A stretch of 63,560 bases of DNA, counting the filler. It is 7 parts of 7 records of this genome, joined end to end, with 100 filler letters (N's around TTAATTAATTAA, not from the genome) between each part and the next. Parts side by side here need not be neighbours in the genome. Positions count along the whole stretch, not along the records: positions 1 to 21,052 come from DRR723986_18348; positions 21,153 to 28,150 come from DRR723986_18351; positions 28,251 to 35,756 come from DRR723986_18352; 4 more parts are not named here. One strand, written 5' to 3'. Positions 20,169 through 30,925 of this stretch are shown in pieces. The position numbers were made by a program, and so were the translations under genes. Position 1 is the first letter of the stretch. Each line of letters begins with the position of its first letter. Under the pieces are notes generated by a model. That model was not told the DNA's origin and searched no databases. It saw only the letters and a list, made by a program, of their open reading frames with translations.

Positions 20169-21041
20169 TTGAACGCCCAACATATCGACGATACCTTGCC
20201 TGACACGACAACTCAGCGGTCCAATCGCAAACCGCGTCCAATATCAAGTATTGCCAACAAGAGCTCGGCGCCGACAAATTCGGCCTCAGCGCGTTTGGCA
20301 TCAACGGGCCCGGCCCGAGATTTCTTGACGGCCAAAGCTTTGGAAACGCCGCGGGTTGATACGTACACCAATGTATTGAGGCGCTTCCTTCTTACTGGAG
20401 CCCAATCGGGCACGCCGGCAACGCCGAAGTATATAGGTCTCGCGCTTTCGAATTCGCCACTTCATTCTGCCACGGGCATCAAAGTAGTAGGCGCTGAAGC
20501 AACTCCATGGCTTTCGGGCGTCGCGCTCGTTTGCGAGTTGATGGAGCCGCTGATCGAAGAACGACAATTCGATCGCCACATTCGCCGCGCCTGCCACGCA
20601 AGCTTCTTAGCGGAAGTGATCGCTCGCGTGACCTCGTCACGGGCACCAATCCGCTCCTGGCTTGCAACTTGGCTTGCCTTTCTCGTGGAAAGCCGGTCTG
20701 CGATAGACGCAGGTGTACCTGCAGAGGATTCCCGGCCGACGCTTCGGCAGCTTGTTGTTGTTCTCGAACGACTCGGCTTGTATGCAGCTCTGCAACTACC
20801 GCGCGCCAGTAAGACTGGGGTTAGTCCGTGGAATGTGGCGGCTGCAACGTTCAACTTCTATGCCGAGCTTCATGACGAAGGCACTGTTGCAGGGCAGGTT
20901 CTATCATCGAACTTCTATCCGGCGGAGCTGCCTGCAAGCAGCCGCCTATTGTTGATCGAACGTTCGAAAAGACTGCAGGCTGAGTCGGACCTGTTCGCAA
21001 CTATGCTCATCGCCGGCATGCGTAGCACCTCAGGCAAGTAG
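20169..21041 (+). CDS. Hypothetical protein, weak resemblance to degenerate HDOD
   Basis: 290-aa ORF; RHIRRACHASFLAEVIAR...SWLATWLAFL resembles HDOD helices but lacks the HD motif. Confidence 0.4.
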   Translation: MNAQHIDDTLPDTTTQRSNRKPRPISSIANKSSAPTNSASARLASTGPARDFLTAKALETPRVDTYTNVLRRFLLTGAQSGTPATPKYIGLALSNSPLHSATGIKVVGAEATPWLSGVALVCELMEPLIEERQFDRHIRRACHASFLAEVIARVTSSRAPIRSWLATWLAFLVESRSAIDAGVPAEDSRPTLRQLVVVLERLGLYAALQLPRASKTGVSPWNVAAATFNFYAELHDEGTVAGQVLSSNFYPAELPASSRLLLIERSKRLQAESDLFATMLIAGMRSTSGK

Positions 21042-21052
21042 CACCTCAGGCA
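21022..21052. repeat. 16-bp tandem repeat GTAGCACCTCAGGCAA at contig end
   Basis: Two copies, the second truncated by the linker. Confidence 0.75.
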
Positions 21053-21152
21053 NNNNNNNNNNNNNNNNNNNNNNNNNNNNNNNNNNNNNNNNNNNNTTAA
21101 TTAATTAANNNNNNNNNNNNNNNNNNNNNNNNNNNNNNNNNNNNNNNNNNNN
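21053..21152. other. Artificial contig linker (N-TTAATTAATTAA-N)
   Basis: N runs around a six-frame stop spacer. Confidence 0.99.
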
Positions 21153-21243
21153 GAACTTCCACCCATTTTAAATTTTAAATTCTCAATTCTCAATTCCTCC
21201 TCACCGGACATCGGGCACCCGGCATCAATCAATTTTCAGATTT

Positions 21244-22182
21244 TCAAAAAACCTCCAAATCCCCCAAACTCCAACCCCAAGGCCGCTGCAATAAATCCTC
21301 AGAAAGTCCTACTTTCCTAAGTGTTACCTCTGGACCTACAGACATTACAGGCATTAAACCCATTTCTATAGGCAACTCTTTTCCAAACTGTAAACCAGAA
21401 TAGGAAGTGAACCTGACTTTCTCATTTTTTTCAATTGTTTTCAAGCGAGTGTTCAGCTGTTTCTTTTCATTCTGACCAAAATCTGAAAGCTGGAAGAAAT
21501 CTACAATTCTAAGCTCTCTGCCAATTTTCCCTTCCTTAATCCTATAGATTAGTAGGTAGCTCTCGCTATCGCTGATGAAATGATAAGGAAAAAGAGGGCA
21601 AGTAATATAGCGCCAATGAATATAGCCGGTGACTAGATTAGTTCTAATCAGATTGGTACTAAAAGAAGTGTGCTCTATTTTCTTAATAAAGTCACTAATA
21701 CTGCTCCAGTCACTTGTCTGAGACTGATTTTTACTTTTACCTACACCTAGGTTAAAGTGGATTTTCAGGGGTAACTTCCCCCATTTTTCCCAGCCCATCT
21801 TCAGGTAACCTGGCATACTTTGAGTATTGGGTGTATTATAAATCAAATCCACTCCCTCACTTTTGAGTTCTTCTATCAGTGAAAGTGTAAGGTTCTTGAA
21901 AATTCCTTTGCCTTGATAGTCTGGATGAATAGCGGTGTCTACAGCCCGGCAGGCTTTGATGATTTCTTCACCTTGTAGAAACTCCCATCTTAGAAAAACA
22001 CGTACCCCACAGATCATCCCGTTATCCTCGGCAAGAAGTAAAGGTGATGTACCGAAAGGATTTGCCGCATGCTTCCAGTGCCAAAGTTCCTCAGATTTGG
22101 GAATCATACTTTCCCCCAAAGAGGCTCTTAATAGCTTAATAATTGCTGGTAAATCACTGGAAATAGCCTTTCTGATCTGCAT
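21244..22182 (-). CDS. GNAT family N-acetyltransferase
   Basis: AVDTAIHPDYQGKGIF acetyl-CoA motif A, YNTPN..S..GYLKMGW. Confidence 0.88.
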   Translation of the reverse strand: MQIRKAISSDLPAIIKLLRASLGESMIPKSEELWHWKHAANPFGTSPLLLAEDNGMICGVRVFLRWEFLQGEEIIKACRAVDTAIHPDYQGKGIFKNLTLSLIEELKSEGVDLIYNTPNTQSMPGYLKMGWEKWGKLPLKIHFNLGVGKSKNQSQTSDWSSISDFIKKIEHTSFSTNLIRTNLVTGYIHWRYITCPLFPYHFISDSESYLLIYRIKEGKIGRELRIVDFFQLSDFGQNEKKQLNTRLKTIEKNEKVRFTSYSGLQFGKELPIEMGLMPVMSVGPEVTLRKVGLSEDLLQRPWGWSLGDLEVF

Positions 22183-22485
22183 GGGTTGAAGATAGGAAGA
22201 TTTTTTATTTGGGTTTACGAGAGCTTTGAATGGATATATAGCTGAAAGATCATTTGTGTGATTTCACTTGCGCTAGTACTAAAGGGTATTTGCCGCAGAA
22301 TGTTGCTGCAATTATATAATCTAAAAGGTTAATCGTCTAAATGAATTCCCGTTTACATCCTCCTGCATTTACTTTCTTAGTACATAGGTAATTCGAGAGA
22401 GGAGAGGAGTATACCTCAGTCTTTCCCATTTACTACATAGGTTTGACCCCTTTGGACCCATTAGGTTATTTTTACCCTTCTGACC

Positions 22486-22648
22486 TCCCACACCCAACAT
22501 CGCACACCCAACATCGCACATCCCACATCGGCCATCGCACATCGTTCATCCAATTTTAAATTCATAATTCTTACATTTTAAATTCCCACATCGGTCATCG
22601 GTCATCGGTCATCGCACATCGATCATCCCACATCGGTCATCGATCATC
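22486..22648. repeat. Short tandem 6-7-mer repeats (CACATCG/CATCGGT/CCCACAT)
   Basis: CACACCCAACATCG x2, CATCGGT run, interleaved with TTTTAAA heptamers; related motifs at 21165-21225. Confidence 0.8.
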
Positions 22649-22692
22649 TACAAACAACTAAGCCCCATACATCTTCTCCCCAAGTATTTTTA

Positions 22693-22700
22693 TATATTTG
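22693..22700 (+). promoter_or_regulatory. Bacteroidota -7 promoter element TAnnTTTG
   Basis: TATATTTG 26 bp upstream of the wza start. Confidence 0.5.
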
Positions 22701-22726
22701 ATCCAAGCTAAATTTATGCTTCTAGA

Positions 22727-23545
22727 ATGAAGAAAATCCTTTTTGTCGTCAGCATTGTGATTTTTGCTACAAGTTGTATCAGTAATAAGCGAATTACCTA
22801 TCTGCAAAACCTCCCTGACAATACCCCGATTGAGTTAAATGAATTTATTCCTTTTGCTGAAGTTGACTATCAGTACATATTGCAACCCTTTGATATAGTC
22901 TCCATTGATTTTGCAACTTCTGATGCAGAACTGATAGAAGCGTTCTCCTTTCAAAATTCCCAAAACATGGGGGGAATGGGAGGCGGAGCTGGTGGCGGAG
23001 GAGGAGGTTCCGATCCCCTATATTTCCGCGGATATTCCATAGATCAGCTAGGCTTTGTAGAGGTGCCAAAACTAGGTAAAATCAAAATTTCTGGACTTAC
23101 AGAGGAAGAGGCAAAAGACATGGTCCAACTTGAAATCAACAAGTTTTTCAAGGAAGAAATCTTCGTCAAACTGGGAATAGCGGGAATAAGATATACCACT
23201 CTAGGGGAGTTTAATTCCGTAGGAGTTAATGTGATATATAAGAATAGAGCAACTATTTTCGATGCCTTGGCAAATTCAGGTGAGACCACCATCTTGGGAA
23301 AGAAAAACAAGCTTTTTATTATCCGTCAATACGATGGAGGTACTAAAATCCATCAAATTAATTTGAATGATAGAGCTATTTTGGCCAGCCCCTTTTATTT
23401 CATCCAACCTAATGATATCTTGTATATGGAGCCGATGAATATCAGACAGTTTGGAAACGCAGATAACCTTACAGCATCCTTGGCCCTGTTTGCCGGATTG
23501 CTTGCATCCACTCTTCTGATTATAAATTTGGTAACCGGTAACTAG
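22727..23545 (+). CDS. wza: Polysaccharide export lipoprotein (Wza/OPX family)
   Basis: Lipobox FATS|C, YILQPFDIV, GFVEVPKLGKI, SLBB-like TIFDALANSG, adjacent to wzc. Confidence 0.88.
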   Translation: MKKILFVVSIVIFATSCISNKRITYLQNLPDNTPIELNEFIPFAEVDYQYILQPFDIVSIDFATSDAELIEAFSFQNSQNMGGMGGGAGGGGGGSDPLYFRGYSIDQLGFVEVPKLGKIKISGLTEEEAKDMVQLEINKFFKEEIFVKLGIAGIRYTTLGEFNSVGVNVIYKNRATIFDALANSGETTILGKKNKLFIIRQYDGGTKIHQINLNDRAILASPFYFIQPNDILYMEPMNIRQFGNADNLTASLALFAGLLASTLLIINLVTGN

Positions 23546-23550
23546 TAGCT

Positions 23551-26010
23551 ATGGAGAAGTTAGACTTAAGCCAGTTAGACAACGAGGAGAAGGCTCTGGA
23601 GATCAGGTATGTGGTCGCTAAGTACATTCGCTATTGGCCTTGGTACGCCCTTTTTATCATACTATTTCTGATTGTCACCTTTCTTTTTCACCGCTACACG
23701 GTAGATGAATATGAGGTGTCAGGAACGATGATGATTAAGACGAATACCTCTCCCGAAGCTAGAATCCTCGATAGATCAAACATTTTTTCCACCGGTCTTA
23801 ATCTGGAAAATGACATTCTCCGGCTGAAGTCAAAGGGCCTAGCTCGTGAGGCCTTGAAAAAGCTTCATTTTGATGTGGAGTATTATGCAAAGACTAATAT
23901 CAAGGCAATAGAATTGTATGACAGATCTCCGATTAGAATTGAGGTGGACTGGGATCACTTTCAGTTATCTAACGTACCTATTCAGCTCGAAATACTATCT
24001 GGAGAAACCTTCAGGTTAGCCCAGGAGGAGTCCAGTTTGCTGGATTTCAATTCAGCCATGGCTGCAGGTGACGAATCTATTTACAATAAAACCTATTCTT
24101 TTGGCGAAGAGATAGTTACTACCAAATCAAAGTTTACCGTTCACCTGGTAAATCCCGGCAGAACTAATGAGCAATTGGTCTTTAAACTTAGAGATCCATC
24201 CTCCTTGGAAGACTCTTACGCTAGATCTATTCAAGTTTCACTGCAGAATGAATACAGTTCCGTCCTTCGCCTCAGCACCACTACCAAGGTGGTGGAAAAA
24301 GGCAGGGATTATATTAACTCCCTTATGCAATCTTACATTGCGTACGATCTGAGCGAAAAGAATAAAATTCAGGAAAACACACTTGCGTTTATTGAAGAGC
24401 AGTTGGGTTTTTTAGAGGATTCCCTCCAGCAAAAAGAACGGGAATTGCAGGATTTTAAAGTGGAAAACAAGTTGCTGGATGTGTCAGCCGAATTTTCCAA
24501 TATCCTAGGGAAAATGAATACCCTCGATGAAATGAATGCTGAGATAGATTATCAGCTGGAATATTTCGAGCAGATTCGGGCCTACATGGAACAAAAAAGC
24601 AAGGATTTTTCTGATGTAATTGCTCCCTCAGTCATTGGGATTCCAGATCCTTTATTGAATGGCCTGATTCAAACCTTGGTGACCCTATCTCAAGAACGTA
24701 GAAAATTGCTTGCTACAGTCAATGAGAATCATCCTGAAGTACTGAAAATCGATGTGCAGATGGATAAAACCCAGGATGCTCTGTTTGAGAACGTAGTAAA
24801 CCTAATAGAAAATACCAAGCAAAAGAAGAGTAGCATCCTACGGGATATCCGGGTTTATGATGCCGAGTTTTCCACCTTACCTGAGTCGGAATCTGAGTAT
24901 GCAGGGATTTTCAGAGAATTTAAACTGAGAGAATCCTTATATACCTACTTGCTTGAGAAACGTGCTGAAGCCGGTATCGCCATGGCTTCCAATGTCTCTG
25001 ATAATGCTATTTTGGATGCTGCCAGAAGAGGGACGCTCATCTTTCCAAAGAAGCAACAGAATTATGGATTAGCCATAGTGTTGGGATTTCTTTTACCATT
25101 CGGTTTCATAGTGGTAAGGGATATTTTTGATGATACCATCAAGGATCAAAGAGACCTGAAAAAGCATTTTATGATTCCTCAACTCGGGATAGTAGGCTTT
25201 AGCTTGAAGGATACGAATAAGGTTGTGCTGGATTTTCCTAAATCAGCGGTAGCAGAATCTTTCAGATCCCTGCGCTCGGCAATTACTTACCTTGCTAGTG
25301 GAAAAAATACCAAGAAAATTCTGGTAACATCCTCTGTTTCTGGAGAAGGAAAAACCTTCACCTCTTTGAATCTTGCCTCAGCTATGGCTTTGGGCTCAAA
25401 AAAAACCGTAGTGGTAGGAGGGGATTTGAGAAGACCTAAATTGGCTTCCTATTTTGGAGAATCTGATCGCATAGGACTTTCTACCTACTTAATTGGTAAA
25501 GTGGAGGCGGTAGAAATAGTAATGCCTACAGCTCATGAAAACCTATGGTTTGTACCATCCGGAGTAATTCCTCCAAATCCTGCAGAATTATTGCAAACGC
25601 CAAGGCTAATTGAATTCCTAAATTACTTGGAATCGCAATTTGATGTGGTGATTTTTGATACTCCTCCTATGGGACTAGTATCAGAGACCATAGATTTAAT
25701 GCGATTATTTGATATTAATCTATATGTGGTTAGGCAGAATTATACTGTGAAGGATCACCTGGTAATGATCAATGACTTATTCAATAATAAGCAGGTGAAA
25801 AATGTATACGGAGTCTTCAATGGTATCATCAATTCAGGATACCATTACGAAGGGTACAATTATGGGTATGGAAATACCTACTTGTATTCTCAGAACAACA
25901 AGTACATGTATAACTACTATGGAGATGATCTGGAGACAAAGAAGAAGAAAATCAAGAAAAGCCAGGCTGGAGTAATTCAAAGACTAATCAAACTATTCAA
26001 AGTAAAGTAA
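23551..26010 (+). CDS. wzc: Polysaccharide co-polymerase / BY-kinase (Wzc)
   Basis: Two TM segments, coiled coil, AESFRSLR, Walker A SGEGKT, DLRRP, DTPP, C-terminal Tyr cluster. Confidence 0.93.
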   Translation: MEKLDLSQLDNEEKALEIRYVVAKYIRYWPWYALFIILFLIVTFLFHRYTVDEYEVSGTMMIKTNTSPEARILDRSNIFSTGLNLENDILRLKSKGLAREALKKLHFDVEYYAKTNIKAIELYDRSPIRIEVDWDHFQLSNVPIQLEILSGETFRLAQEESSLLDFNSAMAAGDESIYNKTYSFGEEIVTTKSKFTVHLVNPGRTNEQLVFKLRDPSSLEDSYARSIQVSLQNEYSSVLRLSTTTKVVEKGRDYINSLMQSYIAYDLSEKNKIQENTLAFIEEQLGFLEDSLQQKERELQDFKVENKLLDVSAEFSNILGKMNTLDEMNAEIDYQLEYFEQIRAYMEQKSKDFSDVIAPSVIGIPDPLLNGLIQTLVTLSQERRKLLATVNENHPEVLKIDVQMDKTQDALFENVVNLIENTKQKKSSILRDIRVYDAEFSTLPESESEYAGIFREFKLRESLYTYLLEKRAEAGIAMASNVSDNAILDAARRGTLIFPKKQQNYGLAIVLGFLLPFGFIVVRDIFDDTIKDQRDLKKHFMIPQLGIVGFSLKDTNKVVLDFPKSAVAESFRSLRSAITYLASGKNTKKILVTSSVSGEGKTFTSLNLASAMALGSKKTVVVGGDLRRPKLASYFGESDRIGLSTYLIGKVEAVEIVMPTAHENLWFVPSGVIPPNPAELLQTPRLIEFLNYLESQFDVVIFDTPPMGLVSETIDLMRLFDINLYVVRQNYTVKDHLVMINDLFNNKQVKNVYGVFNGIINSGYHYEGYNYGYGNTYLYSQNNKYMYNYYGDDLETKKKKIKKSQAGVIQRLIKLFKVK

Positions 26011-26228
26011 TTGTTTGGTCTAGACTGACAATTCCTAAATAAGAATGCTATCCTGATATTGTGTAGAAAGCGGGAATAAGTATGAATATTTGCAAAGTGT
26101 GAGTCACACCTTCTTTGTTCTTCGGACACAGATATTCCCACCAAAAAGGTGAAGAATCATCCATCTTTTCATGCTTCCGGAAATTCTTAATACCTCAAAT
26201 TTCAAATCCTTAATTTCACTTTAACCCC

Positions 26229-26957
26229 ATGCCTAAAATTGCCGCTCTAATTCCCGCTAGATATGCTTCCACGCGCTTGCCTGCCAAACTTGTACAAGAT
26301 CTTGGAGGGAAGTCTGTTATCCAACGAACCTATTTGAGTACTATCGATACCCATGTATTCGATGAGGTTTGGGTGGTCACCGATCATATGGAGATCAAAA
26401 AGCAGATTGAGGCAGTAGGAGGGAATGTGTTTTATAGTGAGACAGCTCACGAAAGTGGCTCCGATAGAATAGCGGAGGCTCTAGAAAAAGTGGAAGCCGG
26501 GATCATTGTGAATGTGCAAGGAGACGAACCCTTTCAAGACAAGAAGTCTTTGGAGGATTTGGTGGCTGTCTTTGAGGATAAAGCGGTAGAAATAGCTTCC
26601 CTGAAAACCCTGATCTCGGAGGATGAAGCCCAAAACCCAAATTTTGTAAAGGTTATTACTGACCTTAAAGGGGATGCCCTGTATTTTTCAAGATCACCTA
26701 TTCCATACAATAGGGATAAAATCAGAGATCTTCAGTATTGGAAGCATATTGGAATTTACGCCTACAGAAGGGAAGCCTTGATTCATTATACTTCATTGGA
26801 GAAAAGTACCCTGGAGAAGGTTGAAATGCTTGAGCAATTACGCTTGCTTGAAAATGGCTTTAAGATTAGGATGGTTTCTACTGTTCATCATGCGGTGGCT
26901 ATAGATACCTTGGAAGATCTGGAAAGGGCCAGAAGTATTATGGGGCTGAGGAATTAA
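26229..26957 (+). CDS. kdsB: 3-deoxy-manno-octulosonate cytidylyltransferase
   Basis: IPARYASTRLPAK, SGSDRI, VNVQGDEP, YFSRSPIP, HIGIYAY, EMLEQLR. Confidence 0.96.
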   Translation: MPKIAALIPARYASTRLPAKLVQDLGGKSVIQRTYLSTIDTHVFDEVWVVTDHMEIKKQIEAVGGNVFYSETAHESGSDRIAEALEKVEAGIIVNVQGDEPFQDKKSLEDLVAVFEDKAVEIASLKTLISEDEAQNPNFVKVITDLKGDALYFSRSPIPYNRDKIRDLQYWKHIGIYAYRREALIHYTSLEKSTLEKVEMLEQLRLLENGFKIRMVSTVHHAVAIDTLEDLERARSIMGLRN

Positions 26958-27231
26958 TGTACAAGGCTATTTAGAGCTAAGTTTTCTGTCATTTCTACAA
27001 GCAGGCCATAGATGAATTATTTCACATGGAGCGCATAGAGAGCGCTCTTTTGAGTAGGCCAACTAAGATTTTTCTCTCATAGAAAGACCCCTTATTCATT
27101 CGTTTTTCAACAGTCCCATATTCCAAACCTCCAACCCCACAATCCCTACCACGTTCTAAAATCATATTAATTTTTAAATTGTCTTTTCGCTATATTTTAC
27201 TCAGTTTCAATTACCAAGATTACTTTGATCA

Positions 27232-28150
27232 ATGCAAAATATGAATTACTCATATGGAGACAGTTCTAGATTGAAATCTCTAGAAGGACTACAAATCCTA
27301 AATGCCGATAAGGATTTGGAGTTAGACGGAATAGCCAAGCTATCCATGATGATTTCGGCATCCTCTACGGGATTAATCTACTTTTTTGGAACTGATAAGG
27401 TTTGGATTAAATCCCAACAGGGAAAGATTCAGGATTTGATAGCTTCAGATCTAAAAACTACTTTTTTAGCACTTCAGCAATCCGAGATTATTTTATTGTC
27501 AGAAGAGAAGCAGGATTTCGATAATCCCTTAAGGGAAAAAGGAGTTAATTTTTTCTCAGCGCTTCCGATTAAGGATATTCATGGTAACCTTTTGGGAGCA
27601 TTGGCAGTGCTGGACCTGGAATTCAAAACTCTAAATGAGGAGCAGATCACAGGATTAAAAATTCTTGCGGGAGGGCTGATGAGTATGCTCCGTGACAGGA
27701 AAATTAACATAGAGCTTTACCATTATGAAAAACTATTTCAATTCTCCTCAGATCTAGTTTGTGTAGCTGGTACAGATGGTTTTTTCAAAAAGGTAAGCCC
27801 CTCCTTTCATCAGATTCTAGGTTGGGATGAGCACACTTTGTTGAATAAATCCTTCTTCGAATTGATTCATCCGGATGATGTGGACAAAACAGCTTTGGAA
27901 GTACAGAAACTATCCTCTGGGATTCCCACCGTAAACTTTATAGACAGATTCAGAACCATTGATGGGTCTTACAAGGTGCTTCAATGGATGGCTTCTCCTG
28001 AACCTGAAACAGGAAGTATTTTCGCTATTGGAAGAGATATTTCGAAGGAAAGAAAGAAGGAATTGGAACTTGTAGAAAGTGAAGAGAAGCTAAGGTCATT
28101 TTTTGAAAACTCACAAGGACTCATGTGTACACATGATGTGAAAGGTAACT
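27232..28150 (+). CDS. GAF + PAS sensor protein, 3'-truncated
   Basis: GAF-like FFSALPI..GALAVLD, PAS DLVCVAGTDGFFKKV...IHPDD; runs into the linker. Confidence 0.85.
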
Positions 28151-28250
28151 NNNNNNNNNNNNNNNNNNNNNNNNNNNNNNNNNNNNNNNNNNNNTTAATT
28201 AATTAANNNNNNNNNNNNNNNNNNNNNNNNNNNNNNNNNNNNNNNNNNNN
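28151..28250. other. Artificial contig linker
   Basis: N-TTAATTAATTAA-N. Confidence 0.99.
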
Positions 28251-29070
28251 GATCATGATCGACAAGGGCATGGACAACGCGGCACAGACCCTGCAGGGGT
28301 TGATCGATAAAGCCGATAAGCGGATTGCTGAAATCAAGTCCGGTGAAAACCCTGCCCTGACGCCAGATGCCTCCGCGAATTACTTTGCCGAAGTTGTTGT
28401 GGATCTGGATCAAATCAACGAGCCGATGATCGCGGACCCCGACGTGAACAACGCCGAAGTGTCCAAGCGGTATACCCACGACACCATCCGTCCGATTTCT
28501 TTCTACAACGCTGAAAAGAAAGTGGATCTGGGGTTTGTTGGGTCTTGCATGGTTCACAAGGGTGACATGAAAATCGTCGCGCAAATGCTCAAGAACCTCG
28601 AGAAATCTCAGGGTAAGGTCGAATTCAAGGCCCCACTGGTTGTCGCGGCGCCCACCTACAACATCATCGATGAGATGAAAGAAGAGGGTGATTGGGAAAT
28701 CCTGCAGCGGTATTCTGGGTTCGAATTCGACGACTTCATGCCGAAAAGCAAAGCGCGGACCGAGTATGAGAACATTCTTTATCTCGAACGCCCCGGTTGT
28801 AACCTGTGCATGGGAAACCAGGAGAAAGCTGCCAAGGGTGACACGGTTCTGGCCACGTCGACCCGTTTGTTCCAAGGTCGGGTTGTAGAGGACACTGCAG
28901 AGAAAAAAGGTGAGTCCCTGCTTGCCTCGACCCCTGTGGTTGTTCTTTCGGCGATCCTTGGCCGGACCCCCACCATAGAAGAGTACAAAGCCGCAGTTGA
29001 AGGCATCGACCTGACCAAATTTGCCCCCCCTCTGGCAGTTCCTGCCGCGGCGAAATCGGCTCATTTCTGA
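28251..29070 (+). CDS. acnB: Aconitate hydratase B, C-terminal fragment
   Basis: FVGSCM, PGCNLCMGNQ, ATSTRLFQGR Fe-S motifs. Confidence 0.92.
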
Positions 29071-29163
29071 GACGTTTTTAAATGGGCATAACCGCGGCGC
29101 TGATAGCGAAATGGGCGGATTGACGGGCATCTCCTGTTAATCCATCCGGTGGTTCACAAAATC

Positions 29164-29199
29164 AAAGGCGCGCAATGATATTCATTGCGCGCCTTTTTT
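29164..29199. terminator. Intrinsic terminator between convergent acnB and slcD
   Basis: AAAGGCGCGCAATGA-TAT-TCATTGCGCGCCTTT followed by T run. Confidence 0.88.
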
Positions 29200-29221
29200 C
29201 GTTTGGGTCGTTGGGTGTTAT

Positions 29222-30361
29222 TCAGTCGATGATGGAGACATCCTGCCAGCGGTGATTGGGGTCTTTCAGCTCAGCCATAGTTGTTGCGCCTAGCTGGGCC
29301 ATAGTCAGGCTGACTTCGTCGCTAAGGATATCCCAAACTGTGCGCAGACCCTCAGCCCCGCCAGCGGCCATGGCAAACAATAAGACCCGGCCAAGGAAAA
29401 CGAAATCGGCCCCCATGACATAGGCTTTGACGATGTCCTCGCCGGATCGAATGCCGCTATCATAAAAGAGCGGGAAATCCGGGCCGACCGCTGCGCGAAT
29501 ATGGCGTAAGGCCAGAATGGCAGGGGGGGCGCTGTCGAGTTGCCGGCACCCGTGGCTGGAGACTTGGATTGCATCCGCGCCGGCATCGCGTAGGCGCAGT
29601 GCGTCCTTGGGATGCAGAACGCCCTTTACAACCAGCTTTCCGGGCCATGCGACTCGCAGTTTGTCGAAATAGCCCCAGTCAGCAGCAGCCCGGCTTTCTG
29701 TCCGGTCGAACACATAATCCTTGCCGTCAAAGTTCGCCAATGTGGGGCTGCCTTTGGCCAAGGTTGTCAAAGACCAACGCGGATGCATTGCGAAATCGAA
29801 AAACTGCCGGGGACCAATGCGAAACGGCATCTTAAAGCCATGGCGCAATTCACGGGGGCGACGGCCAACTTCTGGCACATCCAATGTCAGCACGAGCGTG
29901 TCATATCCGGCCCGCTTAGCGCGCTCGACCAGTTGCATGGTGCCCGTTCCATCGCCACTAAAGTAGAGTTGAAACCAAGCCTTATGACCCGACGCGCTGA
30001 GCAGGGTTTCCATGTCGGTGGAGGCCACTGTCGATACACCATGCGGCACGTTAAATTCCCGCGCAATCTGCGCCAGCATTAGGTCCGCCCCGGGGGTTGA
30101 GAGGTTGCACATCCCCATGGGACTGATACCAAAGGGGCGCTGCATCGGGGTGTCAAACAGCGTGACCGATAAATCCCGATTGCTGACATTGCGCAGTACA
30201 CGCGGGGACAACCGGATGTTCTGCAACGCCTGACGGCTGAGCGCTGCGCCATGCTCTTCGCCAGCGGACCCATCGATGTAGTCAAACACCATCCAAGGCA
30301 GGCGTTTGCGCGCCAAACGGCGCGCGTCTGCTGTTGAATGGAGACCTGTGTCAAAAAGCAT
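29222..30361 (-). CDS. slcD: FMN-dependent alpha-hydroxy acid dehydrogenase, probable sulfolactate dehydrogenase
   Basis: FDYIDG, WFQLY, VSSHGCRQLD, DSGIRSGED; operon with hps and comDE. Confidence 0.75.
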   Translation of the reverse strand: MLFDTGLHSTADARRLARKRLPWMVFDYIDGSAGEEHGAALSRQALQNIRLSPRVLRNVSNRDLSVTLFDTPMQRPFGISPMGMCNLSTPGADLMLAQIAREFNVPHGVSTVASTDMETLLSASGHKAWFQLYFSGDGTGTMQLVERAKRAGYDTLVLTLDVPEVGRRPRELRHGFKMPFRIGPRQFFDFAMHPRWSLTTLAKGSPTLANFDGKDYVFDRTESRAAADWGYFDKLRVAWPGKLVVKGVLHPKDALRLRDAGADAIQVSSHGCRQLDSAPPAILALRHIRAAVGPDFPLFYDSGIRSGEDIVKAYVMGADFVFLGRVLLFAMAAGGAEGLRTVWDILSDEVSLTMAQLGATTMAELKDPNHRWQDVSIID

Positions 30362-30370
30362 GGTGTGACC

Positions 30371-30925
30371 TCAGGCTTGAACCGCTTTCATAAACCGGTC
30401 GCGGATCACAACAGGGTCCATGGTGATCACAGGGACTTTGATATTCCCGCTCTCACATTTGGCGACGATGATTGTCATTTTGTCCCCATCGATGGCTTCT
30501 TGCAGCGCTTTTCCGGTGTCCTTGGCGGCGACTTCAACGACATTTTCGCACCCACACGCACGAGCAACGGCAGTGAGCGAGGTCTTTTTACCTGCATACG
30601 TCGGTTGATCCCCGGTCGACCCGTAACTGCCATTGTCTATGATCAGCAAAATATAGTTATCTGACACGTTGTTCGCGATCGTTGGCAAGGTGCCAAAATT
30701 GGTCAAAACCGATCCGTCCCCATCAATGGAGATAACTTTCTTGTTTTGTGCCAAGGCGAGCCCGAGACCAATGGATGACGACAATCCCATTGTGCCCAGC
30801 ATGTAAAAATTGGTGGGCTGATCGTCCAGCATATGCAGTTCTTGACTGGGCAAACCGATGTTACAGACCACGAGTTGATCCCGCAGAATGGGGGCGATGT
30901 CTTTCAGAATATCAGAGCGGATCAT
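30371..30925 (-). CDS. comE: Sulfopyruvate decarboxylase beta subunit
   Basis: NFYMLGTMG, TPP motif DGDGS...DNGSYGSTGDQ. Confidence 0.9.
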   Translation of the reverse strand: MIRSDILKDIAPILRDQLVVCNIGLPSQELHMLDDQPTNFYMLGTMGLSSSIGLGLALAQNKKVISIDGDGSVLTNFGTLPTIANNVSDNYILLIIDNGSYGSTGDQPTYAGKKTSLTAVARACGCENVVEVAAKDTGKALQEAIDGDKMTIIVAKCESGNIKVPVITMDPVVIRDRFMKAVQA

